Assembly (NCBI GenBank): GCA_035221665.1
Contig: JAVHYY010000217.1
Span: forward strand, 62,001 to 126,000
Length of the DNA stretch: 64,000 bases
Reading direction: 5' to 3'
Source of the DNA: Okamejei kenojei
Lineage: Eukaryota
Shown here: positions 35,801-49,100 of the stretch, piece by piece
How positions within the stretch are numbered: position 1 is the first letter of the stretch
Layout of the letters: each line of letters starts with the position of its first letter
Translations under genes and position numbers: made by a program
Notes under the pieces: model-generated
The model's input: only the letters and a program-made list of their open reading frames with translations
The model's database searches: none
Told to the model about the DNA's origin: nothing

Positions 35801-38800
35801 CCTTAACATGTCTGATAAACATGCCTGGATTTTATGTTCAGCGTCTCAAGAGCACGAGAAGTGAAAATTAAAACACAATCCTCTCGGTGAAACGTACTTT
35901 TGGTTCGACTTTGCGACTGCTGCTCTGTGAGGCTTGCTCTGTGTTTTAAAAACGCAGCGGCGTGCGGGCTACTTAGTGGAAAGCACGAGGAACGTGTAGG
36001 CTGCAGATTTATTCAGTAATGTTCTCAATAACAAGGCCGTGAATCGGGTCTTTATTGGCCAAGACAATGCCTCTGTCTTTCTCAGGCTCTCTGGAGCACA
36101 AGGGCACCGGCAGCTGCGAAGGATATTTTCGTTCGCATTGAATGGCGAAGCCATGGGGGATGGGGGATGGGGGGGGGGGGGGGGGGATTGGGGCAGCGTG
36201 GAACAAATTGGAGAGAAAGAGACTGGGGTTGGAGATGGTGGGGTTGGGGGGGGGGGGTGAGGCAGAGAGAGAGAGCGGGGGTGGGGGAGGCGATGGAGGG
36301 AGAGAAGGAGGGGGGAGGAGAAAGAGACTGGGTTTGCAGATGGAGGGGTGGGGGGGTATGAGAGGCAGAGAGAGAGAGTGGGGGGGAGGCGATGGAAGGG
36401 AGAGAGGGAGGGGGAAGGGGGAGAAAGAGACTGGGGGTTGGGGGATTGAGGAGGAGAGGACAGGGGGAGGAGGCGATGGGAGGAGAGGAGGGAGGAAGAA
36501 GGGGTAAGAAAGAGAGGGAAGGAAGAAGACAGAAATAATGAGAGGGAGGGAGGTTCACCAGGATGTTTCTTGAGCTGAAGGACTTCAGTTATGCGAGAGA
36601 ACAGATCCAATGATTCAGTTGTACTTCCGTGTCATGTCCCCAGGTGCCGGAGTAACTGAGCGGGACAGGCAGCATCTCTGGAGAGAAGGGTGGGTGACGT
36701 TTCGGATCGAGATCCTTCTTCTGAAGAAGACGTCGCTCATCCCTATCTCCAGTCCCGCCTGAGTTAGGAGAGAGGAGGGGTGGGGGGAGAGCAGGGGAGG
36801 GGGGGGGAGGAGGGGGGAGAGCAGGATTGGGGGGAAGAGGATGGGGTGGGGGGGAGAGGAGGGGGGGTAGAGCAGGGGTGGGGGAGAAGAGGGGAGGGGG
36901 GAAGAGCAGGAGTTGGGGGGGAGGAGGAGGGGTGGGGGGGAGAGGGGGGTGGGGGGAGGGTGGGGGGAGAGGATGGGGGGAGAGGGGTGGGGTAGGGGGA
37001 GAGGGGGGGGAGGGGGGAGGTGGGGAGAGGAGGGGGGGAGAGGGTGGGCAGGGGGGGTAGGGGGGAGAGAGGGAGGGGGGGGGCGAGAAGGTGGGGAGGG
37101 GAGGAGTCAGGGTGGGGGGAGCAGGGGTGGGGGGAGAGGAAGGGGAGAGCAGGGGGTGGGGGGCGAGCAGGAGGGGGTAGGGGGGAGAGCAGCATGGGGT
37201 GGGGGGGAGAGGGGTGTGGGGGCCGAGGGGGTGGGGGGGGGGGGCAGAGCAGGGGTGGGGGGAGAGAAAAAAAGGGGAGGGGGTGGGGGGAGAGGAGGTG
37301 TGGGTAGAGGGGGTGGTAGAGGGGGGGTTGAGGGAGAGATGGGGGAGTGGGGGGGTGCGGGGAGAGGGGGGGAGTGGGGGGGTGGGGGGGAGAGGAGGGG
37401 TGGGGGAGAGAGGGGGAAGAGCAGGGGTGGGGGGAGAGGAGGGGGTGGGGGGAGTGGTGGGGAGAGGAGTGGGGGGGGGGGAGGGAGGGGAGGGGGGGTT
37501 TTGGAGGGGGAGAGGAGGGTGGGGGCAGGGGTGGGGGGAGAGGAGGGGGAGTAGGGGGAGAGGGGGAGGTGCGGGGGTGACAAAGGCGTACCTAAACTGT
37601 AGAGGCTGAGAGCGCCGTAGTCGAAGAAGTAGCAGACGTGCCGGGCGTGGGTGGACATGGTGCTGAAGGTGTGTGCGCAGCTAGAGGTGAACGGGTAGAC
37701 GCAGCTGAAGACCATGTAGACGAGGAGCGGCCAGGCGTAGGCCTCGCTGTAGAAGTCCACGGAGTGCCAGAGGACTAGTAGCCGCCACAGGAAGTACCTG
37801 CCAGAGGCAGGAATAGACAGTCAGTGTGAGTTGGCAACTCCAGGCGCCAACAAGCGAGCTCCCTACCAAAGAAATCCAACGCACCTTCACGGTACACTTG
37901 CATTAACCTGTTCGTACTTTGGAGTGTGGGGGGAAACCGGAGCACCCGGAGAAAACCCGCGCGGTTACGGGGAGAACCTGCAAACTGCGAACGGACAGCA
38001 CCCGGAGTCGGATTGAACCCGGGTCCCTGGCGCTGTAAGGCAGCAACTCTGTCAATATCAAACATCGATGCCCCCGAAAGCACCTCCCGGCCAAGATTCG
38101 TGACTTTGTGGGAACGCTTTGATCACCACTCAATATTACGAGGGAGCGAACAAGAGGAACTTGGCCATCCGGGCTGTGCGAGTTTCCCGCAGCTGACATC
38201 TTCCAGCATGCCTGTTTTGTTTCAGATTCTAGCTTAGAAACATAGAAACATAGACAATAGGTGCAGGAGGAGGCCATTCGGCCCTTCGAGCCAGCACCGC
38301 CATTCATTGTGATCGTGGCTGATCGTCCCCAATCAATAACCCGTGCCTGCCTTCTCCCCATATCCCTTGACTCACCAGCCCCTAAAGCTCTATCTAACTC
38401 TCTCTTAAATCCATCCAGTGATTTGGCCTCCACTGCCCTCAGTGGCAGGGAATTCCACAAATATCTACCATCTTATTTGTTTTCCAAGAGTCCAAGACAT
38501 CAGCCTTTTCCCAACCAGGGGTTCGCAAGCAGCTGGTGAGTTAACGCGCCCCCACTGAGAGCAGGGATACTTTGAGCGTTACCCTGTGATCGTAGTTTGT
38601 TGGCCGACTCACCCATTATCTGCTCTGTCCCCCGATACATGCGCCCTTGACCTAGAATACTTGCAATACTCTCGATCTGTGGTCTCGCCAACGCCATAAA
38701 ACGTCTTTGCTTTAATACTCCAAATCACTGGCAATTAAAATCCAACCTCCTATTAATTTCCCAATATTTTCTGTATCTGTGTCTGTAAATGTGTTTGAGT

Positions 38801-39149
38801 CTCACTGTAAATATTATTTTCTTTCATTCTTTCTCCCAACGTGAAGAATCTCGCACCATGCATCATGCGACATCCGATTTGTGTGTCTTGAGAGAGATGA
38901 GAAGAGAAGGGGGGGGGGGGGGGTGTGTGGAGCGTGGGCACTGGCAGGGGGCAGAGAGGCCGAGTGGCCTCTGTACTGTCCCGCTCCCAACTCGGCGAGA
39001 TGATACACGTACCACGCGGGCAGGAAATGTGTCCAGATATTGAGCGTCTCGTTGGTCAGTTGGAAAATGCTGACGAGGCAATCCCTGGCCGAGCTCTGCG
39101 GGTTCCGGTAGCCGGACACGATGCCATCCTCGCGGAACACCTGCGGTGT

Positions 39150-39187
<38 letters not shown>

Positions 39188-40217
39188 GGGGGGGTGGCAC
39201 ACAGACAGACGGCAACGTTAACTAGACCCGCATTCCCTGAACACACAACTCTTCACATTGCCCGGGATAGGCGGAGATAAAGCCACGGACAGCGACGCAA
39301 CAAGACTTTGTAGTTTGAGAGCTGGAGGATAATATCTTGTCCACAACTTTTGCATTAATACTGACCGTGTTCAAAGCCAATTAACCTGCACGCGTGCACG
39401 TCTTTGGAGAGTGGGAGGAAACCGGAGCACCCAGCGAAAACCCACGCAGGTCACAGGGAGAAAGTATAAACCTAGTACAGACAGCGCCCGTAGTCAGGAT
39501 CGAACCCGGGTCTCTGGAACTGTGAGGCAGCAACTCTGCAGTTAAAAGTTAAATGTTTCTCCAAAATTAAGTGTTGAATGTGGGAGCGACAGACAGAAGG
39601 AAGGAGACAGAGGGAAGGGGGGGGGGTGAGAGAGAGGGGGGAGGGCAGGCAGACGGGGGGTGGGAGAGGGGGGGGGGGAGGAGAAGGGGGAGGGGGGGGG
39701 GAGGGAGGAGTGTGGGGGAGATGGCGAGAGAGCGAGAGAGAGAGAGAACGAGAGAGACATAAACAGCGACAGATTCTGTCAGGGAAGGCGACACAGACAG
39801 TCGGAGAGAGAGAAGGAGACAGGGAGCGAGAGGAGATGCAGGGACACGGAATGGTCAGAGCTGGAATCTGAACTGAATATTAATGGGAAATGTTGATTAT
39901 CAGTTCAGGAACCACAGATATGACAATAGGTTTGGCAAGATTGATTCAGAGTCACACTGCATGGCAACAGGCCCTTCGGCCCATCGGCCCATCGTGGGCA
40001 TGCCGACCGTTCAATATCAATCTAGACTAACCGCACTGACCAGCACTAGATGTGACGTTGGTCGAGATACCAATGCGTGTGGTGCAGAGATATAAATAAT
40101 GACCAGTTTATGAATTCACCCCTTCAGCTCCGGATACCTGGAGGATACCAATTACCTGGGACTTACTCTGGGGACCTGGTGGTTGTTTAAGAGATGAGGC
40201 AACTTCACAGTTAACAT
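29854..40217 (-). CDS. PAQR6: Membrane progestin receptor delta (PAQR6), 7 coding exons, 341 aa
   Basis: Exons: 40217-40167 (MLTVKLPHLLNNHQVPR), 39140-39013 (VFREDGIVSGYR...NETLNIWTHFLPAW), 37797-37592 (FTSSCAHTFSTMS...FFDYGALSLYSLG), 33584-33458, 32470-32374, 31335-31191 (SHLPERLAPGCFDYIG), 30125-29854 (HSHQLFH). All phases are consistent. The PAQR motifs plus adjacency to SMG5 favour PAQR6 over PAQR5. Confidence 0.92.
30168..30292. repeat. 18-bp tandem repeat (CAGCCACCGGACAACGG[A/G])n in the last PAQR6 intron
   Basis: About 7 copies seen directly. Confidence 0.9.
34323..34871. other. Assembly gap (others at 25303-25440, 25727-25938, 40454-40601, 40754-41055, 51302-51442)
   Basis: Runs of N. 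Confidence 1.
34956..35023. promoter_or_regulatory. 19-bp perfect inverted repeat carrying two divergent CTCF-like motifs
   Basis: GCCATCTGGTGGTCGGGCC (34956-34974) ... GGCCCGACCACCAGATGGC (35005-35023). Confidence 0.55.
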
Positions 40218-40613
40218 CCTGGCGCCGCGCCCATGCGAGGCGTTCGGCTGGCGGCCGGTGCCGGAGGGTCCGTGTGTCTGGCGGCTGCCTCCTCACCTTC
40301 TCTTCCTCAGCTCCATCGTTGACCTGCGCGATTCACATTGGAGGGGGGTTAGAACGAAGAGCCAGGACGCGATGCGCCAACGCCATTCACAAGTAGTTTA
40401 AAGCACCGCGGATGCCCGGCACAGTAGTAATAGAAGCGATAGCGAGGGGAGGGNNNNNNNNNNNNNNNNNNNNNNNNNNNNNNNNNNNNNNNNNNNNNNN
40501 NNNNNNNNNNNNNNNNNNNNNNNNNNNNNNNNNNNNNNNNNNNNNNNNNNNNNNNNNNNNNNNNNNNNNNNNNNNNNNNNNNNNNNNNNNNNNNNNNNNN
40601 NTGAGGAGAGTAT

Positions 40614-40663
<50 letters not shown>

Positions 40664-43600
40664 AATAGATAGATGAGAGAGAGGGAGAGACACGAGAGAG
40701 AGAGAAAGAAGAGAGAGAATAGATGAGAAAGAGAGCGAGGAGAGAAAATAGATNNNNNNNNNNNNNNNNNNNNNNNNNNNNNNNNNNNNNNNNNNNNNNN
40801 NNNNNNNNNNNNNNNNNNNNNNNNNNNNNNNNNNNNNNNNNNNNNNNNNNNNNNNNNNNNNNNNNNNNNNNNNNNNNNNNNNNNNNNNNNNNNNNNNNNN
40901 NNNNNNNNNNNNNNNNNNNNNNNNNNNNNNNNNNNNNNNNNNNNNNNNNNNNNNNNNNNNNNNNNNNNNNNNNNNNNNNNNNNNNNNNNNNNNNNNNNNN
41001 NNNNNNNNNNNNNNNNNNNNNNNNNNNNNNNNNNNNNNNNNNNNNNNNNNNNNNNGAGGAGAGAGTGAGGGGGGGGGCATGAGAGAGAGAGAGAGTGTGT
41101 GTGTGTGAGAGGGGGAGAGAGAGAGAGAGAGTGTGTGAGAGAGGGAGAGGGAGAGAGCGAGGGACTCTGGAATCAATTTGTATTTGGCCACTTTGCCTGG
41201 TTTCACAAGCGGCCGTTATTTCCAACATTTACCACTCCAGGGCACATTGTAATATGTGAACAATGTCCAGCGGAACTTCCCTAAACCTGCCGATGACAGA
41301 AAGAGCACCTCTCCAACCTGTTCCAGCAGTTCCACCCCATCTAATCTCTCCCCACTTTCCCCGCGGCCCCAAAATCCTCTCCACAGTAAACGTGGTCACT
41401 GACAGGTCCTGCATTTTCCAGAGTCCCTTTCAACTTCTTGTGAGCACGACGAGAGTTTGCCACCGATGTATCAGAAACCAGACGGGGCCTATCCTTCCCT
41501 CCATCCCCCCCCCTTCACCACCCCTACCTCTTTTCTCCCCACCCTCTTCTCTCCCTCTTCTCTTCCATCCCTCTCTTCTCCCCCCTCTCTCTTTTCCTCT
41601 CTCTCTCTTTCCCCTCTCTCTCTCTCTTCTCCCTCTCTCTCTTTCCATCCTCTCTCTCTCGCCCCTTCCTCACACCCCCCTCTCTCCATCTCTCTCCTCT
41701 CTCTCTCTCTCTCTCCATCTCTCACCCTCTTCTCCCCTCTCTCGTCTCACTCTCTCCCTCTCTCTCTCCTCCCTCTCTCTCTCTCCCCCTCTAATCTCCC
41801 TCTATCTCCCCCTCTTCCACACCCCCTTCTCTCTCGATCCTCGCGCAATCCCCTAGTTTCATGGATCCTATTTTTGATTAAATGTTCAGTTTTATTTACC
41901 GAGGTATTTATTTACTGCCCGAGCTGTCAGTTCAGTAACCGCTCCAAACCTCATCTGATCATCTCCCAATCTTGTGCTGCAACTCGCTGCCACCCTGCCC
42001 CCACCCCTCATGGCAGCGTGCTGGTGCTGGGATATAGCCCCCCCCCCCCCCCCAACCAACCATCCCCTAACCACATCCCTCCTTATCCCTAATCTGTCCC
42101 TCCATCGCTAACCCCTCCCTCTCTAACCTCAACCTCCCCTCCCTATTCAGCCCCTCCCTCCCACCTCCCGCCGTTTGTCACACCAATAACCCCATCATCT
42201 CCTCCCTCGATGCAAAGTTTCAGTTGCAGATGTTCTCGCCGAAGATTGTCCTACATCCGTATCCAGGACGCGTTGCACCCGCCGTAAACAGTTAAAACCC
42301 ATTTGCGTTTGGGCCTTTCCATTGAGCGGTGGAGTACAGTGAAACAGTTTGGAAAGGATTCAGTAACGGAGAAGAGGGGGGGGGGGGGGGGGGGTCGGGG
42401 AGGTCGGTTCGAGGGGGGGGGGTCGAGGGGGGGGGGGGTTCTAGGGGGGGGGGGGGACTTTAACCAGTCTGTACAAGAGGGACCCCCTCCCCATTCCGGA
42501 TTGATCTGCCCGCCTCCATCCCGACGTTTCATGGTGCCCCGGGAGACCAGGTTGACGGATCTGAGTCGGTAACGCCACCGTTCACCGCCCCCGCCCCCCA
42601 CTGCCTCTCAAAGTCCCGCACCTAAACTCTCCTCCCGCTCTGTCTCTGTCTATCTCTCTCTCTCTCTCTGTGTCTCTCTCCCTCTCGCCCTCTCTCTCTC
42701 CCTCTCTCCCTCTCTCCCCCTCTCCCCCTGCGCCGCTGGTGTCAGTCGCCGCCTTCTGGAAGCCGGCTGATTGGAGGAAAGGCAGAGACGGGGCCTCTTG
42801 TTTTCCGAGAAGCGGCCGGCAAGGGAAGTTTCGGTTTAAAGGGGCAGTCCCCTCCCGCAACCCACCCGCCGCAAGGTCCAGGATATTTTTGTGACCGCAT
42901 GGGTTTCCTCCGGGTGCTCCGGTTCCCTCCCACGTCCGAAAGACGTGCGGGTTTGTAAGCTAATTGGCCCTGTGTGAATTACCATAAGTGTGGAGGCGGG
43001 TTAACTTAGAACTAGCGTCAACGGGTGACCGAGATTTAGCGTCGACTCGATGTGGCCAAGGACCTGTTTTCATGCTCCATCTTTTACTGGTCACCAATAC
43101 ATTGCCGAATTACGCGAGTGTGCTGTGTACAATTTCTTTAATGTTCAAAGGATAACTGGTAATTTATTGTTACGTGGACCTAGTTACAGTGAAATGCATG
43201 TATTTACATTCTGTTCTGTAAAATGTCACGATATATACACACGACCGGAGTGTCTGTGCAGTAGTTGGCACCGAGACGGAACACAGGATTCGCCACATTT
43301 CCTGTGACATTCTGTGTGATTCAAGTCCAAAGTTAAATATGCAGAACCACCACCCTGGCGACGTAAAACATTGTTACAAACTTCAGTCTGAAGAAGGGTC
43401 TTGGCCCAAAACGTCACACACATTCCTTCTTTCCAGAGATTGCAGCGTTTTGTGTCTGTTTTACAAACTTCAGTATGTTTTTGTCCCTTCTTTTTCGCAT
43501 TTAGTTTAGTTTGGAGATACAGCGCGGAAACAGACCCTTCGGCCCACCGAGTCCGTGCCGACCAGCGATCCCCGCACACTAACACACTAGGGGCAATTTA

Positions 43601-45134
43601 CAATTTTACCGGTTAATTAATCTACACACCTATACGTTGTTGGAGTGTTGTAGGAAACGGAGGAAACCCACGCAGGTCACGGGGAGAACGTACAAACTCC
43701 GTACAGGCAGCACCCGTAGTCAGGATCAGAACCCGGGTCTCCGGCGCTGAAAGCGCTGGGTCACCGTGTCACCGCATTTGCTGTCATCTGATCTGTAGGA
43801 ACCGTTCCCAGATCTGTAGCTTTGTGCAAGATGATAACAAAGCCCCCGATGTCTTTTATAATGAACAACAGCGATCACAAAACCCACGCTGTTGGCTATG
43901 AAACAATTAGGATTCTTGAAATCCATCTCCGGTCTTGGCCGCAACTATTCCCAGTAGGATAGACACAAAATGCTGCTCTTGCATCCCATCTCTCTCCGAA
44001 CCCCCCCCCCCCCCCACCCTAATGATGTATCCCATCATTATAACCCCCCCAGCCAACAATGGACCATTGTGGGCTCTTTGGCCATCGTTGCCGACTGTAA
44101 TTCGTTTTAAACCTTTTACATATCTCTAGATTCCCTCTCCCCTGACCCTCAGTCTGAAGGAGGGACTCGACCCGTAACGTCACCTATTCCTTTGATCCAG
44201 AGATGCTGAGTTAAGCACCATCTGCTCGCTGTTCGCTCCTTTCACTGCCTCGCGGCTCCTTGTGGCTGACTCCAGCTTCGTGTGTTAGCGTTTCAGTGGT
44301 GACCTCTAGTCCAATGTCCGCCCCCTCTCCCACATCCCAGCACGCCCCCCCCCCCTCCCCCCGCGGAAACATCTGTTCCGTGCCCATCCAATCCAATCCT
44401 AGCTCAATTTAAATGCACTTCGACCAGATCTCCTCTCTGCCTTCGCCTCGCAGGAGAAGACGTTTTTGCCTTGACCAGTCCTTCCTAATGAGTCTAACCA
44501 GAGCAAATGACAAAGTGCTGGAGGAATTCAGCGGGTCAGGCAACATCTGTGGAGGGAATGGTCAGAGGCAGTTTCGTTCATTAAGACGGATGGAGTAGGG
44601 GATCTGAGAGCGGGTAAAGGGAGGTGGGATGGGGCGGGGAAAAGCGTGGCAAGTGATAGGTGGACACAGAGGATGAGAGGGTGAGGGGGGTAATAGACAG
44701 AGGGGTGGATGGTAGTAATGACAAAAGCTGGAAGTGAGAAATGGTCAGAATTGACAGAATCCTGTGGGGGGTGGGAGGGAAGGAGACCACAATGTGTAGA
44801 TAAGGAGATAAGGGGAGGGGGGCGGACTGTTAAAGCGGGAGGGGGGGGGGTGAGTGAATGGAAAGTAATGGGGGGGGGGCGATGTTGCAATTGAGGCATT
44901 GGGAGGTGGACATCTGACCCCAGACCTGTCATTATTGTCCGTCTGTCCTGGGTCCGCACTTCATTCTCTAAGTGTGATCTGACCACCGCGATTAGACGAC
45001 TGTTGTTCTTCACGTTAGCAGACTGCCCTCGCGGCCCGTGTACAAACAGGAAACCCACCGCTCATGTCTGTCTCTTTCCAGCGCGACTGTATGTTTATTA
45101 ATAAACACGGCGTTTTATTTTCGGAAATCACACC

Positions 45135-46127
45135 CTGTGACTAGTGGCGTTGCCTGAGGGTTCGGTGCTGGGCCAGGTACTGTTTGTCATCTACATCAAT
45201 GGTTTGGATGAGAACATGCAGGGCATGATTAGCAAGTTTGCAGGCGACACAAAAGTTAGTGGTTTTGCAGATGGTGAAGATGGTTGTGAATGATTGCAGC
45301 CGGATCTGGATCGATTGGCCAGGCGGGCGGAGGAATGGTTGATGGAATTTAATACGGAGAAGTGTCAGGTGTTGTAATTTGGGACCTCGAACAAGGGCAG
45401 GACCTACACAGTGAATGGTCGGTCTCTGGGGAGTGTTGTAGAGCAGAGGGATCTAGGAGTACAGGTGCATGGTTCCTTGAAGGTCGAGTTGCGGGTAGAT
45501 AAGGTGATCAAAAAGGCTTTTGGCACTTTGGCCTTCATCAGTCAGAGCATTGAGTATAGAGGTTGGGAGGTGGCGCTGCAGTTGTATAAGCGTTGGTGAG
45601 ACTACAATTAGAATATTGTGTTCACTTCTGGGCACCATGTTATGGGAAAGATGTTGTCAAGCTTGAAAGGGTTCAGAAACGTTTACAAGGATGTTGCCAC
45701 GACTAGAGGATGTGAGCTACAGGGAGAGGTTGAGTAGGCTGGGTCTCTATTCCTTGGAGCGCAGGAGGATGATGGCGATCTTACAGAGGTGTAAAACATC
45801 ACGAGAGGAATAGATCGGGTAGACGCAGTCTCTTGCCCAGAGTTGGGGAATCGAGGACCGGAGCACATAGGTTCAAGGTGAAGGAATCCGAGGGGTAACT
45901 CTTTCACACAAAGGGCGGAACAAGCTGCCAGAGGAGGTAGTTGAGGCAGGGACTGGCCCAACGTGCAAGAAATAGTTACAGGTACATTCATAGGACAGGT
46001 TTGGACGGATATGGACCAAGCGCAGGCAGGTGGGACTAATGTAGCTGAGACATGTTGGCCGGTGTGGGCAAGTTGGGCGGAAGGGCCTGTTTCCACGCTG
46101 TATCACTTGTGACTCTCTATGACTCTA
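45135..46127 (+). mobile_element. CR1/HER1-like LINE 3' fragment immediately upstream of receptor gene 1
   Basis: Degenerate CR1 RT/C-terminal sequence (..SKFAGDTK..RDLGVQVH..) with a GACTCTAT tail. ATCACACC at 45127-45134 and 46136-46143 (possible TSD). Confidence 0.85.
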
Positions 46128-46175
46128 CAACACAGATCACACCTCCTTCGCAGGGAGCCAGAGCTTACACGGACA

Positions 46176-49100
46176 ATGAGGTGCCTCCTGGTCTGTGCGC
46201 TCTCCCTCCTGTTACAAGGTGAGCGACCAGCACTCGGGTTATACGGCGGAGAGACGCTTTGGGGGGCGGGGGGGGGGGGGGGGGACGACAGTGGAGATTG
46301 TGCTAGTTAAAGAGCTGAATTAATCTTGTGGAACAGATCAGAACTTTTTAACCATCGGTGGTCAATAGGCCCGCAAAGTAGAAACGGGAAGGTAGGTTGG
46401 GAAGGAGTGGAGAATTCTTGCAATGTCAGCGGGGACAATGGCAGCAAGTTCAAAATGTCCGGATAGGGTGGACGTGGAGATGATGTGAACCCCCCCTAAC
46501 CCGTCCACGCGTGGTGGATTGTGGGAGAGTCTAGGACCAGAGGTCACAATCTCGGAATTAAAGGACGTTTCTTTAGGAAGGAGGTGATTAGGAAATTAAT
46601 TAGGCAGAGGGTGGTGAATCTGTGGAATTAATGGCCACGGAAGGCTGTACGGCCAAGTCATTGGACATTTTTAAGGCAGCGATAGATAGATTCTTCATTA
46701 GTATGCGTTATTGGGAGAAGGCGGGAGAATTTGGTTAAAAGGGAGAGATATATCAGGCATGATTGATGGGCCGAATGGCCTCATTCTGCTCCAATAACTT
46801 ATGAGCGTTACACACGGCATTTGAACAGAGGAAGCGTGGGATGAGACCAGAGAGCCGTGCAATCAGTCGGACAGTGCGTTGGCGAGACAGCCTGAGACGA
46901 TTCGCCTCCATCTTCGCGCCAAATTCTCAATGTCGAGAATAAAACAGACAATATCCAGGTAGCGAGTGCGCCACTTTACCCGTGAGCGAAACTAGTGCGG
47001 GACGATGGCAGTTTATCGTGGGCTGGAGGTGTTTCCAGCTGGTGGGAAGGGGTTAGGGTAGAGTATTAGCAGCGGTTATTTTAAAATCATTCGCGCGGCG
47101 AAACGTCTCGAACCAGGGAGTGTGGAAAGAGCGGGGATGATTTTGTGGAAATGTTAGTTTTGTAAAACGATTTTGAAATCACAGTGTTAGGCCGTTCGGT
47201 TTTATTCACAACGATATGTCAGGTTATGGTTCATTGGACATGGGGCGGTAACTCCGTCGGTGGAGAAGGGGACGCGCTATTTGAATGGCGCCGGATGAAC
47301 CAGGTTTCCCCACATGGTCTTGCGTCCTGGGTTCAATAACAAGACGCCGTCAGCATCGCGATCTGTGGTGAAACGTTTCTCTAATTTCCCGTTTCAGTGT
47401 CTCGGACATCCATGTCCCAGTCCCCGCCCGTTCTGACCGTTCGCGTCGGGGGGGATCGGGCGGTTCTGAACTGCAGCCGGACTGTGAGCGTGTATCCTGA
47501 GTCGTCCATAAACTGGTTCAAACAGAGCGGCCGAGGGCGCCTGGAGTTCGTTTACAAAACGGCAAAATTCATACCTCCAGAGGGAAGATTCTCGGGAATA
47601 TTGAACCAAGATCCAGGCAATTATTCCCTGGTGATCGAGAATGTCCAGCAAAATGATTCCGGGATTTACGTCTGCGCGGCTCAGCACGCCAGAGGATTTG
47701 GCGATGGATCCAAGCTGGTGGTGACAGGTTGCAAACATTTCCAACATGGGCTGGGCTCTCGCTGCTTGTTACAGGCATTATCCCATTGGATGTGGATGTC
47801 ATAGAGTCGTTCTCAGCTACACTAGTCCCACCTGCCCGCGTTTGCTCCATATACCCCCCAAACCTGTCCTATGAATGTACCTGTCTAACTGTTTATTAAA
47901 TGTTGCGATAGTCCCAGCATCAACTACTTAATCTGACAGCTCGTTCCATACACCCACCACCCTTTCTTTATGTGAAAAAAAAACTCTTCAGATTCCTTTT
48001 AAATCTTTTTCCTTTCACTTTAAGCCTGTGTCCTCTGGTCCTCGATTCCCCTACTCTGGGCAAGAGACTCTGTGCGTCTACCCAATCTATTCCTCTGGTG
48101 ATTTTATACACCTCTGTAAGATCTCCCCTCATCCCCTTATCGGAAGCATGATTAGTAAACGTGTAAGAAGGAACAGCAGATGTTGGTTTAAACCGAAGAT
48201 TGACAGAAAACGCTGGAGGAACTCAGTGGGCCAGGCAACATCTCGGGAGAGAAGGAATGGGTTTCGTGGCGTGTCGAGACCTTTCTTCTTCAGTCTTTTG
48301 ACCCGAAACGTCACCCATTCCTTATCTCCAGAGATGCTGCCTGTCCCGCTGAGTTACTCCAGCATTTTGTGTCTATTTTCGGTTTAAACCAGCATCTGCC
48401 GTTCCTTCTACATGTACAGCTAGGCCATTAATATATATCGGAAGCAGCAGCAGAGATTTTTACGATTACACGAAAGAGCAATTAAAAATCGGTCGCTTCA
48501 ACCTCGCTTTAACACGTCGTGTTGACTTTTCCTTCTTTAGCGGGTTCTACAACCATATTCCTGTTGGCGCCGCCACCGGGCGAGATTCCCCAGATCCAAC
48601 AGGTGCCGCTGGTGTGTGTGGTGAGAGGCGCGTCTTCCGATTCCGTGCAAATCACCTGGAACGTTTCGGGAAACGTGAGCAAAGGCATCGTCGACCCCGG
48701 GACATTTGACCCGGACGGGAGCTACAGCGTTCGAAGCCGATTCCAGATCTCGGCGGAACGTTGGCGCAGCGGCGCCGTCTGTACCTGCGTCGCGGGAGAT
48801 CTGATCAGCCATGGTGTTGCCGCTCAGAAAGGTATGGTAGAATCTAACTATTTATGCTAATTGTATTGTGGACAACTTAGAAACATTGGGAATTGGTGCA
48901 GCAGCAGGCCATTCGACCCTTCGAGCCAGCACCGCCATTCAATGTGATCATTGCTGATCATCCCCAATCAGTGCCCCGTTCCTGCCTTCTCCCCACATCC
49001 CTTATTCTTCTTGTGTACAGCGTGCACAGGCTAAAGTAGTAAGTACGTGTTCTATTTAATCTTATTTGATTGTGCAAGCCGGGTTGGTTGCATTCGTCAA

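Noticed and set aside
36760-37580. Long Gly- or Pro-rich ORFs (also 15620-16260, 20094-20850, 21425-22660, 28844-29719, 31036-31807)
   Set aside because: Stop-free frames arising from G/C homopolymer-rich intronic low-complexity DNA and minisatellites, with no protein-like signal beyond the embedded true exons.
47155-47210. CACAGTG heptamer at 47180 as a recombination signal sequence
   Set aside because: It lies in the leader-V intron, not at a coding end, and there is no nonamer at 12- or 23-bp spacing in the correct orientation.
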